Shown here one piece after another: positions 34,744-46,360 of a stretch of 64,000 nt of DNA. How positions within the stretch are numbered: position 1 is the stretch's first letter; every line of letters starts with the position of its first letter. A program made the translations under genes and the position numbers. The notes beneath the pieces are model-generated. The model was not told where the DNA came from. It saw only the letters and a program-made list of their open reading frames with translations, and ran no database searches. The stretch lies in assembly GCA_977030845.1 (NCBI GenBank), contig OZ365111.1, positions 49,662,001 to 49,726,000 on the forward strand, read 5' to 3'. The DNA is from Fimbriosthenelais zetlandica (taxonomy: Eukaryota).

Positions 34744-37700
34744 ATGTTGGAGGATGAAATGGAAAGTGACAAGATGTGTCAGCGAGAAAGGAACAAAGAA
34801 AAGAGGAGAATTATGAAGAATATACTGCTATCGGGAGTTGTAATACACCTGTTGTGTGTCGCTTTTAGGGTAAGCAATATTTTATTGTTGCTAAACCAGT
34901 GGATTCTCAATGTAAGATGACTTGCTTAGTAACACCTCACATCAACTCTGCATGCGTGCATACAATGTTACTGGAATAACAAAATAAGTTGGAAAATTTG
35001 CATTGGATTATTATTACAGGTTATACAAAAAAGTGTTACACCATTTAACAAATGTACAAATACCCTAGGATAATACAGAATACACTATAGCTCTCTTTTA
35101 GTATGTATGGTACCTAATATTGAGGGTTTTAAAATGATTTTTCATTGACAAGATTTTACTTGCTATTTCCAGATACCCTACAGACTCCAGAGTACTATTA
35201 ACAGAGAGAAGGGAATAGGAGTGATCACTGTGGGACTAAACTACGGTGTCTCCGTGCTATCATGTTTATTTATAACCAAAGTCTTCACGTCGAAAGTTGG
35301 TCATAGAAAAAGTTTTCTCACAGTGGCTTTTACCCTCGGTAGCTGGATACTGGCTAACGGATATGCTGGTATGTAACTTTAGTGTTTATGGTCCTTCATT
35401 TCTTTAGGGTTAAACTGGCACTTAAATCAATCTTGTCCATGTACACAAAGTCAAAAGTGCCATTTTTAGTACATCACTGCGTTGTCACATGTCAGCTGAC
35501 TTCCTGCATTTTGGCCAGCCAATGCCCATCCAAGAATCTGGGTCAAACTAACATAGATTGACCCAAAGTGGGTCATCGCTGATTGGTAATATTGGCACCT
35601 CAACAGCAATGCATGTTCAGAACTTTTTCATCAGAAGTTGACTCTGATTTTGCACCCTAATATCCCATATTCAATTACGTTCATATCAGATACGATCAAT
35701 TCAGAATCATGAGGATCATTCAATGTTTTCCTATCTTCTTCAGTGTGGGCCACTATGATTCCAGGAGCCGTTTTGTTAGGTTTGGCTACAGGTTTTATAT
35801 GGGTTGCACAGGGATCTTACAGCACCCTCTCAGCCGTGAGATATGCTGAACTCACAGACACCCCTGTCAAAGCTATACTTTTCATGTTCTTTGGGATCGC
35901 CTATGCTTTTAGAACGTCAAGTAAGTTGGTATTTCAATAAGATGTATAGGCACGAAATCACTGGTATCACAATTCAAAGGAGTTGCGATTCGAATAGGGA
36001 ATTTTAGGATTCTAAAAATATAAACTGTACAAGAATATTTCACTTATAATTTGTATAGGAATTATTTTGTTCAATCATTTTCCATATGAAATTGCATGTA
36101 CATGTATAATAAGTTTGATCCTATATCTGATTTTCCTGCTCAAAATGATTCTACATCAAATGTAGGTAATCTCGTCAGTTCGGTTCTTTCATCAACCATA
36201 CTACAAACAGTTCCTGCTAATGTTACCATAGAAACCAATGAGACAGTCCTGGCGACATGTGGTGCTAGAGACTGTCCTGGTACTAATAAATCCAACCTAA
36301 ACCTGGAAAGACCACCAAGCTATGTGGTAAGCTATACATACCTCAAACAGGAGGCCCAAACATTCAAACCTTAAAATGTCATCGAGTAAAATTTTATTTT
36401 ACAACCAGATACTCATATATATAAAGGGACATATACAGGGATTGTTGCGGGAAAGTGTAAACGGAAAGATGAAATACTGACCATCTTGATATAGAGGACT
36501 ATCTAGATAGAGGTTACCAGAATTTGCCCAGACGTCTACTCTTGGAATTTTTAGCAGCTGGGTAAATTGTAGGCCTAGTATGTCTGCAGCTCAGAACATT
36601 GTGCATTACAGGTACCAAATTTCTAGGTTCTGCCTATAGGCAGGACGAGTTGTACCAATTCAATTAGAGAAGGCACCCTGCGATGGCAGGAAGGGCATAT
36701 AAGCATGGTATACCATGGTTGTCTGGCAGGTTAATTTGACAGTTTTGTGCTTCTCCGTTTGAGCATGGATGGAGTTTAATTCTACTTTCAGATCTGGATT
36801 TTGCTTGGTGTTAGTGTCGGACTTTGTGTCATAGCTGCATGTATATCCATGTTCCTAATGGACGATGCACCCAAAAACCCCAACGCTGATAAAGAGAAAG
36901 AGGATTGGAAGAATGTGTTTACGTCAACCATTAAACTTTACCGATACAACGAAGCTTGGTTGCTATTCCCTTTGGCTTTTTATCAGGGAATGCAACCGGC
37001 TTTCATTGCGTCGGAATTTGGCAAGGTATGTTTAAGTAAATAACATTTGTGAGAAAATCCTGGTAAAATCACTTGACTGCTTGAATGAAATTGATTATCT
37101 ATTCTTGCTCTTGATTTAAAAGATTTTCCTTTGAACAGTCCTATGTCGCATGCACTCAGGGGATCTGGATGATTGGTTATGTCCATGTCGCCTATGCTAT
37201 TGTGGGATCTGTTACATCTCTTGCCAGTGCCAAACTCCTCAAGTCTTATTCTAGCAGCCGTCTTCCTGTTATCTTCACAGGTATATTTCTCCCATTCTCT
37301 ATACTGAGAGGCATGTAAAAGGCCAGCCATGTCTGCCACTGTCTATGGTGATAGGCATGTGAAAGGCCAGCCATGTCTGCCACTGTCTATGGTGAGAGGC
37401 ATGTGAAAGGCCAGCCATGTCTGCTACTGTCTATGGTGAGATGCATGTGAAAGGCCAGCCATGTCTGCAACTGTCTATGGTGAGAGGCATGTAAAAGGCC
37501 AGCCATGTCTGCCACTGTCTATGGTGAGAGGCATGTGAAAGGCCAGCCATGTCTGCCACTGTCTATGGTGAGAGGCATGTAACAGAACCAGTGCTATATT
37601 TCGAGAAGAGCAGGGCTGTTTTTGGTATGGACAAGAGAGTACATGAACAATTTCCACTTTCAGTGATGTTGATTGATCTTGGTAGTCAACTGGCTCTTCT

Positions 37701-38275
37701 GTTCTGGAGACCGAGATCGGATTCATTATGGATCCTTGTTGTCCTTTCATCTCTATTTGGTGGCACAGTTGGAATATGGGGCACGTATGTTAGTGGTGAG
37801 TAGTGACTTATAAGAGGTGTCAATGTTCCATTAGTTATATGAGTAACTTGTAAATGTTTGTAATGTTTGAAAGTAAATGCATTACTATGCTCCTTCCCTC
37901 AAAAATATATTCCTCTTTCCAGCCATATATGGTGCTGTGTTCATTAACAATACGGACGCCGCCTTCTCTCTCAACGTCAAATGTGTTTCTCTAGGCTCCG
38001 CATTTCTCTACACTTGTTCTTACTTTCTGTGCGTATCAACTAAGACTATTATTCTCATGGTCGTCCTGGTACTTGGTGTTACTGGTTACTTTACTGTTGA
38101 AATACTCGACAAAAACAAGAGAAAAGGCCAGCCTCGAGAAGGCGGGAACACTGGGATCGAGGAATGCAAGCTCACCGAAAAAACTAAATCAGATATGATC
38201 ATTGCCAACAAGATGGACAAAGAGCAAGATACTGTAGAAACAGAAAAGATGTTAGAGGAAAATATGAAAGATTAA
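34744..38275 (+). CDS. UNC93A: UNC-93-like MFS membrane protein, copy 2 (~506 aa), tandem paralogue
   Basis: Exons 34744-34869, 35173-35368, 35744-35920, 36166-36326, 36792-37025, 37139-37280, 37664-37795, 37923-38275. The first seven exon lengths equal copy 1; the last exon is 18 nt longer; ORF intact. Confidence 0.88.
37310..37615 (+). mobile_element. Deu/Nin-domain-like SINE remnant with internal 44-bp minisatellite (6 units), UNC93A copy 2 intron 6
   Basis: Six 44-bp units followed by gcatgtaacagaaccagtgctatatttcgagaagagcagggc. Confidence 0.78.
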
Positions 38276-39553
38276 TATGAAATATACAAAAGACTTATAT
38301 GCAATGCTAAGAGATCTGTTCTCAAACGGTCAATCAAAAAAGTTGTTTTCAAGAGATTCTGTGATAAAATCAAATTAAGACTATTGCAATATAATGTACC
38401 ACTCTTTCCATGGATACTGTTGACTCAATAAATAATAAACATGTATGTATAGGTAGACATATGTAAGGTTTTCTCATACAACATATCAGGTACACCTTGA
38501 TATGGACACCAGACAGCAAAACATCTTAAACCACTGCCCTTCGCTATCCCATCCCCAATGACAACAACTTTTTTGTTGAGAGTCGAACTTCAATGCAAGA
38601 AGCTATAACAACAAAGATGAAAAAGTGTAATTTTTAATACTCAGGAAACAGGCAGAGTTCACAAGTTTGTTGTTAATATAAACACTCAAGCTAGTGTCAG
38701 TCACACTAACAACTTTTTTATTCTCAAGAATGAAGATCCCCAAGAAAAAATAACATTTCTATTGTAAAATGTCTAGAGAAAATACAGAAAATATCGCAAC
38801 TTTGCTTCTGAATTAATTGAAGGTTCAGATTATTTTTGAGATCATGCACTGGCTCAAATAATTGATGCCCTCAATACTTGGGAAGGGCAATGAACTCAGA
38901 CAATAAATGGCACACTTAACGATTAACCCTGAGATTACTACCTACAAATCAATAAAAGATTTAATCTTCTTATACCATGATAAAATCTCATTCACCCAGG
39001 AAAATAAAAGAATTAGGGTAAGTAAGATTAGAGAAGAGTAGTGGGTGGAGACGACGTATTGATGATTAAAATATGATCGTTTGACAGAGAGATAAGTGGG
39101 TGGGCAGGTGTCCTCATGTAAGGTTACTAATACATAGCGGCTAAAGATGGTGTGCTTGGACGTTATGTCTGCCATCAGGAGAGTAAAAACTGAGTAAAAA
39201 AAATTCAGGTTGTTAAAGGGGCACTCTCAGAATTTTTTTTCTTAAAGGGGCACCAATCTGTTACAACTTATTGTCCATGTATGTCAGTTTGACCCAGATT
39301 GTAGGTTGGGCATTGGCTAAGATAATCAACTTCGTTTTGACAAGGTGTTTATTGACATCAATGGTGCTGCGTCAAAAAACAATGGAGTACAGATGAATTA
39401 ATTTCTGATTTTGGGGCAATAGAGCCACTTTAAATGTGAACGTTTGACATTGATCAGTTTTATCAATCAGTGGACTTTGGTAGTGGACTTCAGCTGTATA
39501 AATAAATAATAAAAAACAAAAAATATTTGGTGGACCATGCAGGTGTGGTAGAC

Positions 39554-39603
39554 GTCTCTATGGCTACCCAGACGACAGCTTACTTTCATGTTTCCTTGGC
39601 AAC
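39554..39603. promoter_or_regulatory. Pair of X-box-like motifs (GTCTCTATGGCTAC, GTTTCCTTGGCAAC)
   Basis: The second motif (39590-39603) matches GTNNCC-NN-GGCAAC; the first is degenerate. Confidence 0.35.
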
Positions 39604-41574
39604 AAGCCCTGCTATAATTCCCACGTCAACAAATGTTAAAGGTGTTTAGCTGAAGAGGCCAAGGGATCACTTATTGTTTATGATTATGAGGTCGAAGAAA
39701 GGTGTAAAATTAAGGCAGGGAGGGGGCAGGTTAGTATTTATAGAGGTGATGAGAGGCTCATGGAAGGAAATCTACGAGGAACAAGTTACAGGGGTCCAAA
39801 TAAATCAAAGGATTGTAAAGTAAAATAGAATTTCTTCAGGAAGATAATTTAAAGAATAAATCACTACCAATTAATATCACAAGGATATGATATCAGCAAC
39901 TGTTTTATTTAAATCTTGGTAGATTTTTTCAATCGATTTTAGACAAAAATATATCAGACCCACAAATGTATGGACCCCAACTAGTGGATCATAAACTAGG
40001 GTTGTTTTTGATCATTGAAGGGTCCCCTAGGTGGGCGTGGTCTGCTCCTGTCACCCAATACCCCAGCTTAGACATTTCTATATTTCACTATAGACTAAAT
40101 AGCCTACAGGTGGGCCAAAGCTTTGTCCACTGACAGATTGAAAAGACAGATCATTTAAAAAAATATCTTCCTTACGTTACATATCCAAATGTTCGGATAA
40201 GCTGATGATTTAAGTAAAAGTTCATGAAATCAATTGAACGATTTAAAGTGGCACTGTCACTGATCAATTGATGAGACACTTGTCTTGAACTAGATTCTTG
40301 CGATATAACCGTGTTTTAGGTTGGGCATTGGGTGGGAAAATCTGAGAAATTAACTTTGTTCCAGTTACACTGCTGCAAATCATAGTGGTAGTAGAGCAGA
40401 GGTGAAATAATATCAGACTCTGTTCAGGAAAAAAAGAGTGAGACAGCCCCTTTAACATTAGAAGATTTGAACAGTTTAAAATTGATCCAAAGCGATTGAA
40501 CATGTTTGCTTGGTTCAGGATTTGCTGATTATAATCCTATTTCACTTCACCAGTTCTATACCTAGTAGGCTGTATACCTCTAGATCTTCACATCACAATG
40601 TACCCACCCCTGAATATCATCTGTGCCATGAGCACACCTGTGGTAAATAAAATGTGTTCGGGCAGGTTACAGTACTGGTTTACACACCTCAATATACCCT
40701 GTTTAGCCCATGTTATAAGCATTAAAGTATCCAATTAACCCCTGACACCTGTAGACTGGGGGGTATAACACACCTGAGAAAATGAGGCCCGTATATCCAT
40801 CTGGGCATACAGTACTGCTCGAAATTGCTCATACAATTTCAAATGCAGTTTATTCAATCGAATTAGTAACAACTTACACCAACCTACTTGGACCTTTTCA
40901 TGCACAGCTAGATATTACAAAATGGTCTAAAATCATAGTCAAAAATGTTATAAATGTTAAGATGTACAATTTTTGTTGATACTGTGTATATGAGAGTGTC
41001 GGCCACCTCTGTCAAGGAACAGATCAGGGGACTAGTCTATGCTAATAGCTCTTTGATTGAAAGGTCAGCAGTTCTAATCTAACCTTACCTCTTACTACAA
41101 ATTACCCTAGTGTGTCGAAAAGAGACATTGAGTTAAAAAGTAAAGTGCTATGTGAATAACAATTTGTCTATTCACTAAGACGTCTCCCATTATGAATAGT
41201 AATTTTGCTACTTTCTGTTGTAATTCCTTCTTACAGTGAAGGAGAAAAAGAAACAAATTTAGACCAAGGATTTATAGGAGTTAGAGATACTGTTTCCTAA
41301 CCTTCTTTCTTGATGTAACATGCATAACTGTTTAAGCAGCCTCATATCCCTTTCCCTGCTATTCATTTGAACAGAAACAAGATGCTGAGTCCAATAACCC
41401 AATGAAATAACGAGAAATATGAAGCATATATAACATGAGTTATAGATGGTGATAAATCACACTTCACTCTGCCACACGCTGAGATTGTTCTCTATCACTG
41501 TATAATCAGTTATATTACAGTCAGTGATGGGAAATAATGTATCAAAATCACCCCGGAAAAGTGGAATTAAAAGT

Positions 41575-41820
41575 GGGGATGGGAAGGGAGGGGGGAGAAA
41601 GTGGGATGAGGGTTAGGTGGATGGAGTGGGACGAGATGGGGAAGTGGTGGCTAGCACCTATATGACAGGGACAGGTGGAAGGGAAGATGGGAGGGAGTGG
41701 GGGAGGAGTATCGAGAGGGATGAGGAGGAGGGGTGTGGTTAAGGGGGGCTAGAGCAGTGGGAGGAAGAAAAGGGGGAGGAAAAGGGGTGGGGAGGGAGAG
41801 GTGGAGGTGGAGGTGAAGTG
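41575..41820 (+). repeat. G/A-rich low-complexity tract
   Basis: Nearly C-free purine tract with many GGG runs. Confidence 0.8.
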
Positions 41821-44665
41821 AATATATTTGGATGACTCATGATCTGAATATAACAAATATCATCTGTATACAATCTATCAGATGAAATGTCAACCTCTCA
41901 GTCCAAACATATGTAAACTTTCCGTCAAATCATTTTATCATTGCTTTGATTTTTCTATTATGTCTGGCTTTGGCAGTATCCTTTTAGTGGGCCATGCAGT
42001 AAATTGTGGGCCCAAAATATATTATAATATCCTTGCTGTTTTAATTTTAACATGGAAAAGTTGAGATATTAATTCTGACAAATTCACACAAATATGAGAT
42101 ATTAATTCTGACAAAATATTATATAAAGTGCAACCACCCCCAGGGCATGCCATGGGCAAATTCTGCCTTTCACGTCAGAAACCAGGGGAAATGAGCAATC
42201 TAATATAGGCCTAGGAGCTAAACATAAAGATGTTTCTAATAGCTACAGCAGATAAGCTAACTCGGTCATACGTTCCTGACATTTTGTTTTGGGTGGTTAG
42301 ACAGTGAATCATAGCGTGGTTTGGAGTAATTTATATGTTTTTAGTGACGATTTAGTGTTCAGATTAATTGTTGTATACAGTATAGAGTCTGGGTTCCTGC
42401 CAAGTGACAACACTTTGTCTGGTATTGTTTACTAAAGCACTTCATAGGCTCAAATGTATGAGAGCAACTCTCAAGTCTGACGTGCAGAAACATGTAAGAC
42501 TCAGTTTGAAATTTCTACTGTTTTTCATTGGAGAAATGCACCACAAATATCAGAAAATGTTCAATAAGTTAGTGATACAATATGAGCCCTGGAAAAAGTA
42601 ATGAAAATGACAACAAATCCTAAGAAAAATTATGACTGAAAATTCCAAAGTTATAGGGAAAGAAGGTGCATCGTGCAAAGAATGGGGCGAAAATATCATA
42701 GAAATTTCTCCTAATATAGCCTAGATTTAAAGAAATCATTTTGAGTTGAGCGAATCCATATAGGAATCGGAAATTGGATCGTTTTTTATTACAGGAATAT
42801 CAGGGCATTGGACTTGTATTCTCTTTTCACGGGGCTGGCCCAGAATTAATATGATCCATATAATAGACTATACATGTATTTGTCAACTATTAAATCGGCA
42901 AATATTCTCCCTGTATACAAAAGGAATGATATATATAAAGATGAGAAATGTGCATGTCTATAGTGTGGCAGAGAAAGAAGCCAGCATGGACCCTGGGGGC
43001 CAGCTGATATGTGTCTGAGAAACGTCAACAAGTGAAGAGGGCAGAGAAACAGGAGCCTTAAATGGATCAAGTGTGGACGGGGGGGGGGGGGTTACACTAG
43101 GCAGAGAGAGTTCCTGGATAATCTATACCACTGACAGAATAGTCTTTACATTCACCCTAAAAAGATCATATAAATGCATTTATTTCGCCAACAAGACAAG
43201 TCTAAATAGAGCACACGTCGCTTTTCTAAATCATGCATGGGACCAACGAGAATAGAAAGCTTCTTTCTATACTGATGGAACGTACCTGCTTTGATAGCTG
43301 CCCTTTTACATTGGTTTTTTTCTTATCCCTCCCCCAATGTCCCCATCTGAGATTCCATGACCTAGCAGACAGGTCTGAAGGTCGCACACTGTGACTGAGT
43401 CATCCTCGCCACAGACACTGAGACTGAAACGCTTCTAGCAAAAACTAAAAGGTCAATGTCAGAAATGGTGAAGTTGAAAGAGAACGCCCGGTTTGTGAGA
43501 TGGAAACTTGTAAATTAATAATATCAGGGTACTCTTCATGTATTCCCATTGTGAACATGAAAATGCAGACTTACCAGACTTAGTATAGTTTCTCTAGGTC
43601 CCATGTGGAGGCCTGGTCCGTTAGGTGTTGCCTGACCTAAGGTCTCTTTTGGAATAGTTCTCGGGTTTCCTGGGGGGAGGGGTTGGATTCTTACGACTGA
43701 ATCTGATTGTATGGAATGTCAAATATAACCATAGCGTGGTGACGACCACACTCACTACACAAAGAAGTCGATCCAAGTTATACTAATCTTGCGAAAACAA
43801 TGCATTTAACATAGGTATAAATATGCAGTTTCCCAATTATCGACAGGATTATAAATGTTCCTAATCCAATGTTTGACACAAAAACCTTTTCCAAAACTTT
43901 CAAAAGCTTACAGAAGAATCTTCAACCCATATAGAAGACTACAAACACAGTATACCTGTGGGCTACCCCGGAAAAGCTATATTGCTTTTCCATCTCCAAT
44001 ACTTTTTATAATGACTAACATTGCCATATTCCTGGACTTTCAGTTCTCCTAATTTAAGCGAAGGTAAGCTTATGCCTTGTACTTAATTGGTGTCCCTAAT
44101 TAGAATAATAGCTCCAGTCTCATCCAGTTATCCAAAGTAAGGTATCTACTCCTGGCACATGATCAGTCTTCTTCTCGTCGCTAATTTTCCACTATTTTCT
44201 GCGTGTATAAGCATCACTAGTGATGGGGAGAAGGAGGAGGAGGGGGTAGAGGAGGAGGGAGAAAGTGTCCCGCTGTGGCTAGAATGAGGCCTCAGCCTCT
44301 GACCCGCGGGAGCTACTCTCCCCAAAATCCATTACAAACTACCGTGGTACATAAGGCAGTGCAAGGTACGGTGGACCAAAACCTTGTAGGCTCGAAGCTT
44401 GATATTTGTGACCCATAACAATTTGTTCCATCACTTAGTTCAAAAGGAAAACATTCTAGATTAAATATTTTGACATGAAAAATAATATGTTGAATAAAAA
44501 TATAATGGAAATGTATCTTTTAATCAAAGGGAACACTAGACTTAGCTGCTAATATTTTTATTGTCATTTGATACCAAATCCATTATCAGAAATACAACAG
44601 GTTCTACGTCAGGTCCATTTCACAAACTATTTTTTCAACCAGAGACAGACAGAATCCTCCTTGAA

Positions 44666-46360
44666 TCATGGTACAACATTAACGATCAGGGTCTTGGTCG
44701 TGCTTTGTGTCGGCACCCCTCTGTCCCGACACTGAATTTCTATCTCATATTTGCTCTTTTCGGCGTGTACAAGGGGAGCTGTTGTGCGGAGGTTGTAGGC
44801 ATATTTCATCCCTTTGATTAATACCAACTTGAACCCAGGTTCATTGATCTCACAGATTATTTCACCCTTTAAACCTTGGTCAGGGTCAAAAAGTGACAGA
44901 TGAGCGACCAGTACATCCGAGTTTGGGGTTTCCTTCACCTGAGCGACTGTGTTGAGAGCCAGTAGATTCAAACTGGGAGAATGGTCGTTCACATCCGTTA
45001 TATTGACCTCGATCAAAGTATCAGACTGCTTTGGGGGGTTTGCTGAATCGTTACACATAATACGGGCGCTCACTGATTTTTCAACTTCATAGTCAAAACT
45101 CTTGGCCGTGAGGATTTCATAGGAAATGAAATTTCCGTCTTGGCCACTTATTTGTTTCAGTTCAAGGTTTGGACTCTGCATAGAGCAGTTGACCTTTCCA
45201 TGGCTGACTTTATCAGTGTCGTAGACAGCAACATGTCCTACCAGAGTATTAGCAGGTTCGTTCTCGCTCACTTCCATCTGACCATTGCTACTTTGGGGGA
45301 AGGTTTGAATTATCGGGACTGCTTCATTTATATCAATGACATCAATGGTAAAGTTCTTTGACAGGCTCAGGGGAGGGTCTCCTTTGTCCGTGCAAATGAA
45401 TTCAACTTCGTATCTACTGCACTCTTCGTAATTCAGCGGTTTTATGGAGGCCAGACTGTAGTAATCAGCACCAACGTATTTCTCAACGGTGAAGTGGTTG
45501 TATGGGTCCTTGGCATGACACTCAATGCGACCAGCAATGCCAGCATCATCATCAGTCACATAGATTCTGACTGCAGTTGATCCGTAGCGAAGCTCCTCCG
45601 TGATATTGAACGGACCTGTCGGGGGCTTAATCTCGACAATCTTGGGTTTGTACTCATTTTCATCCAGGAGGTAGAGTTTAAGGGTTCGTACCGTAGACCG
45701 AGGAGTTTCCCCATGATCAGTGCAATTAATGGGTATTTTGTACATTCGCTGTTCCTCGAGGTCAAATACTTTTGTGGTTACAACCTGGTATTTATTTTGA
45801 CTCAGTTCTTCTAGGGCAAAACCTGTAGTCTTGATACTACAATTGACTTCTGCATTATGTCCTTCATCACGGTCAGCTACTAAAACCTGAGCGATAATTT
45901 GACCAGGTGGTTTATTTTCCACCATTTCAGCCATGTCATGGTACCTGGATGTACTGAGGGTAATTTGAGGGCTGTTATCATTGACATCAGTAACTATAAT
46001 GGTCAGATGGACTTCCCTTATTGGCCTTGAGCGGAGACATGAACTGAAGACCTGGATGGTAGTATTGATCATTGGTGTTACCTCACGATTAATTCCACGT
46101 CTTGTATTCATAACACCAGTCCTTGGGTTAACATAAAAGTATGATCCCAACTGTTTAAATTCGAGCTTTTCATTTTGACATCCAGGAAGACCGGTGTCAT
46201 CTAGTTTCACCATGAAGGTCCCGTGTGGTTGATTCTCTGGTAAGGTGATTGTCTGGTTGACGATCCTCGTGTCAGTACGCCGGTCAGCGGACGACAGATG
46301 GTGGGTGAGGATGAGAAGCCACGTCCAGCTAACAATTGACAGGTGTCTTACTGAAGCCAT
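44666..46360 (-). CDS. Protocadherin-like protein: signal peptide plus 5 cadherin (EC) repeats, no transmembrane segment in the ORF (564 aa)
   Basis: Acceptor (ttgtctttcAG) immediately before the ATG; hydrophobic N-terminal signal. PEN/EN, DxD, DRE-like (INRE, DLEE, NYEE, DYE) and DxNDxxP linkers (DVNDNSP, DENEYKP, DINEAVP, DVNDHSP), CxDxGxP motifs. TGA follows the fifth repeat. Confidence 0.85.
   Translation of the reverse strand: MASVRHLSIVSWTWLLILTHHLSSADRRTDTRIVNQTITLPENQPHGTFMVKLDDTGLPGCQNEKLEFKQLGSYFYVNPRTGVMNTRRGINREVTPMINTTIQVFSSCLRSRPIREVHLTIIVTDVNDNSPQITLSTSRYHDMAEMVENKPPGQIIAQVLVADRDEGHNAEVNCSIKTTGFALEELSQNKYQVVTTKVFDLEEQRMYKIPINCTDHGETPRSTVRTLKLYLLDENEYKPKIVEIKPPTGPFNITEELRYGSTAVRIYVTDDDAGIAGRIECHAKDPYNHFTVEKYVGADYYSLASIKPLNYEECSRYEVEFICTDKGDPPLSLSKNFTIDVIDINEAVPIIQTFPQSSNGQMEVSENEPANTLVGHVAVYDTDKVSHGKVNCSMQSPNLELKQISGQDGNFISYEILTAKSFDYEVEKSVSARIMCNDSANPPKQSDTLIEVNITDVNDHSPSLNLLALNTVAQVKETPNSDVLVAHLSLFDPDQGLKGEIICEINEPGFKLVLIKGMKYAYNLRTTAPLVHAEKSKYEIEIQCRDRGVPTQSTTKTLIVNVVP

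Larger units (their letters stand above)
28895..39135 (+). repeat. Tandem segmental duplication (about 28895-34420 and 34580-39135) containing the two UNC93A-like genes
   Basis: Alignable 5' leader (tatacatctttctgggtca...), all exons, and ~900 bp of 3' flank ending at ...gggcaggtgYcctcatgtaaggtta. Confidence 0.9.

Noticed and set aside
43370-43445. Minus-strand AG...GT segment as a downstream cadherin exon
   Set aside because: Encodes no hydrophobic TM helix or cadherin motif; weak donor.
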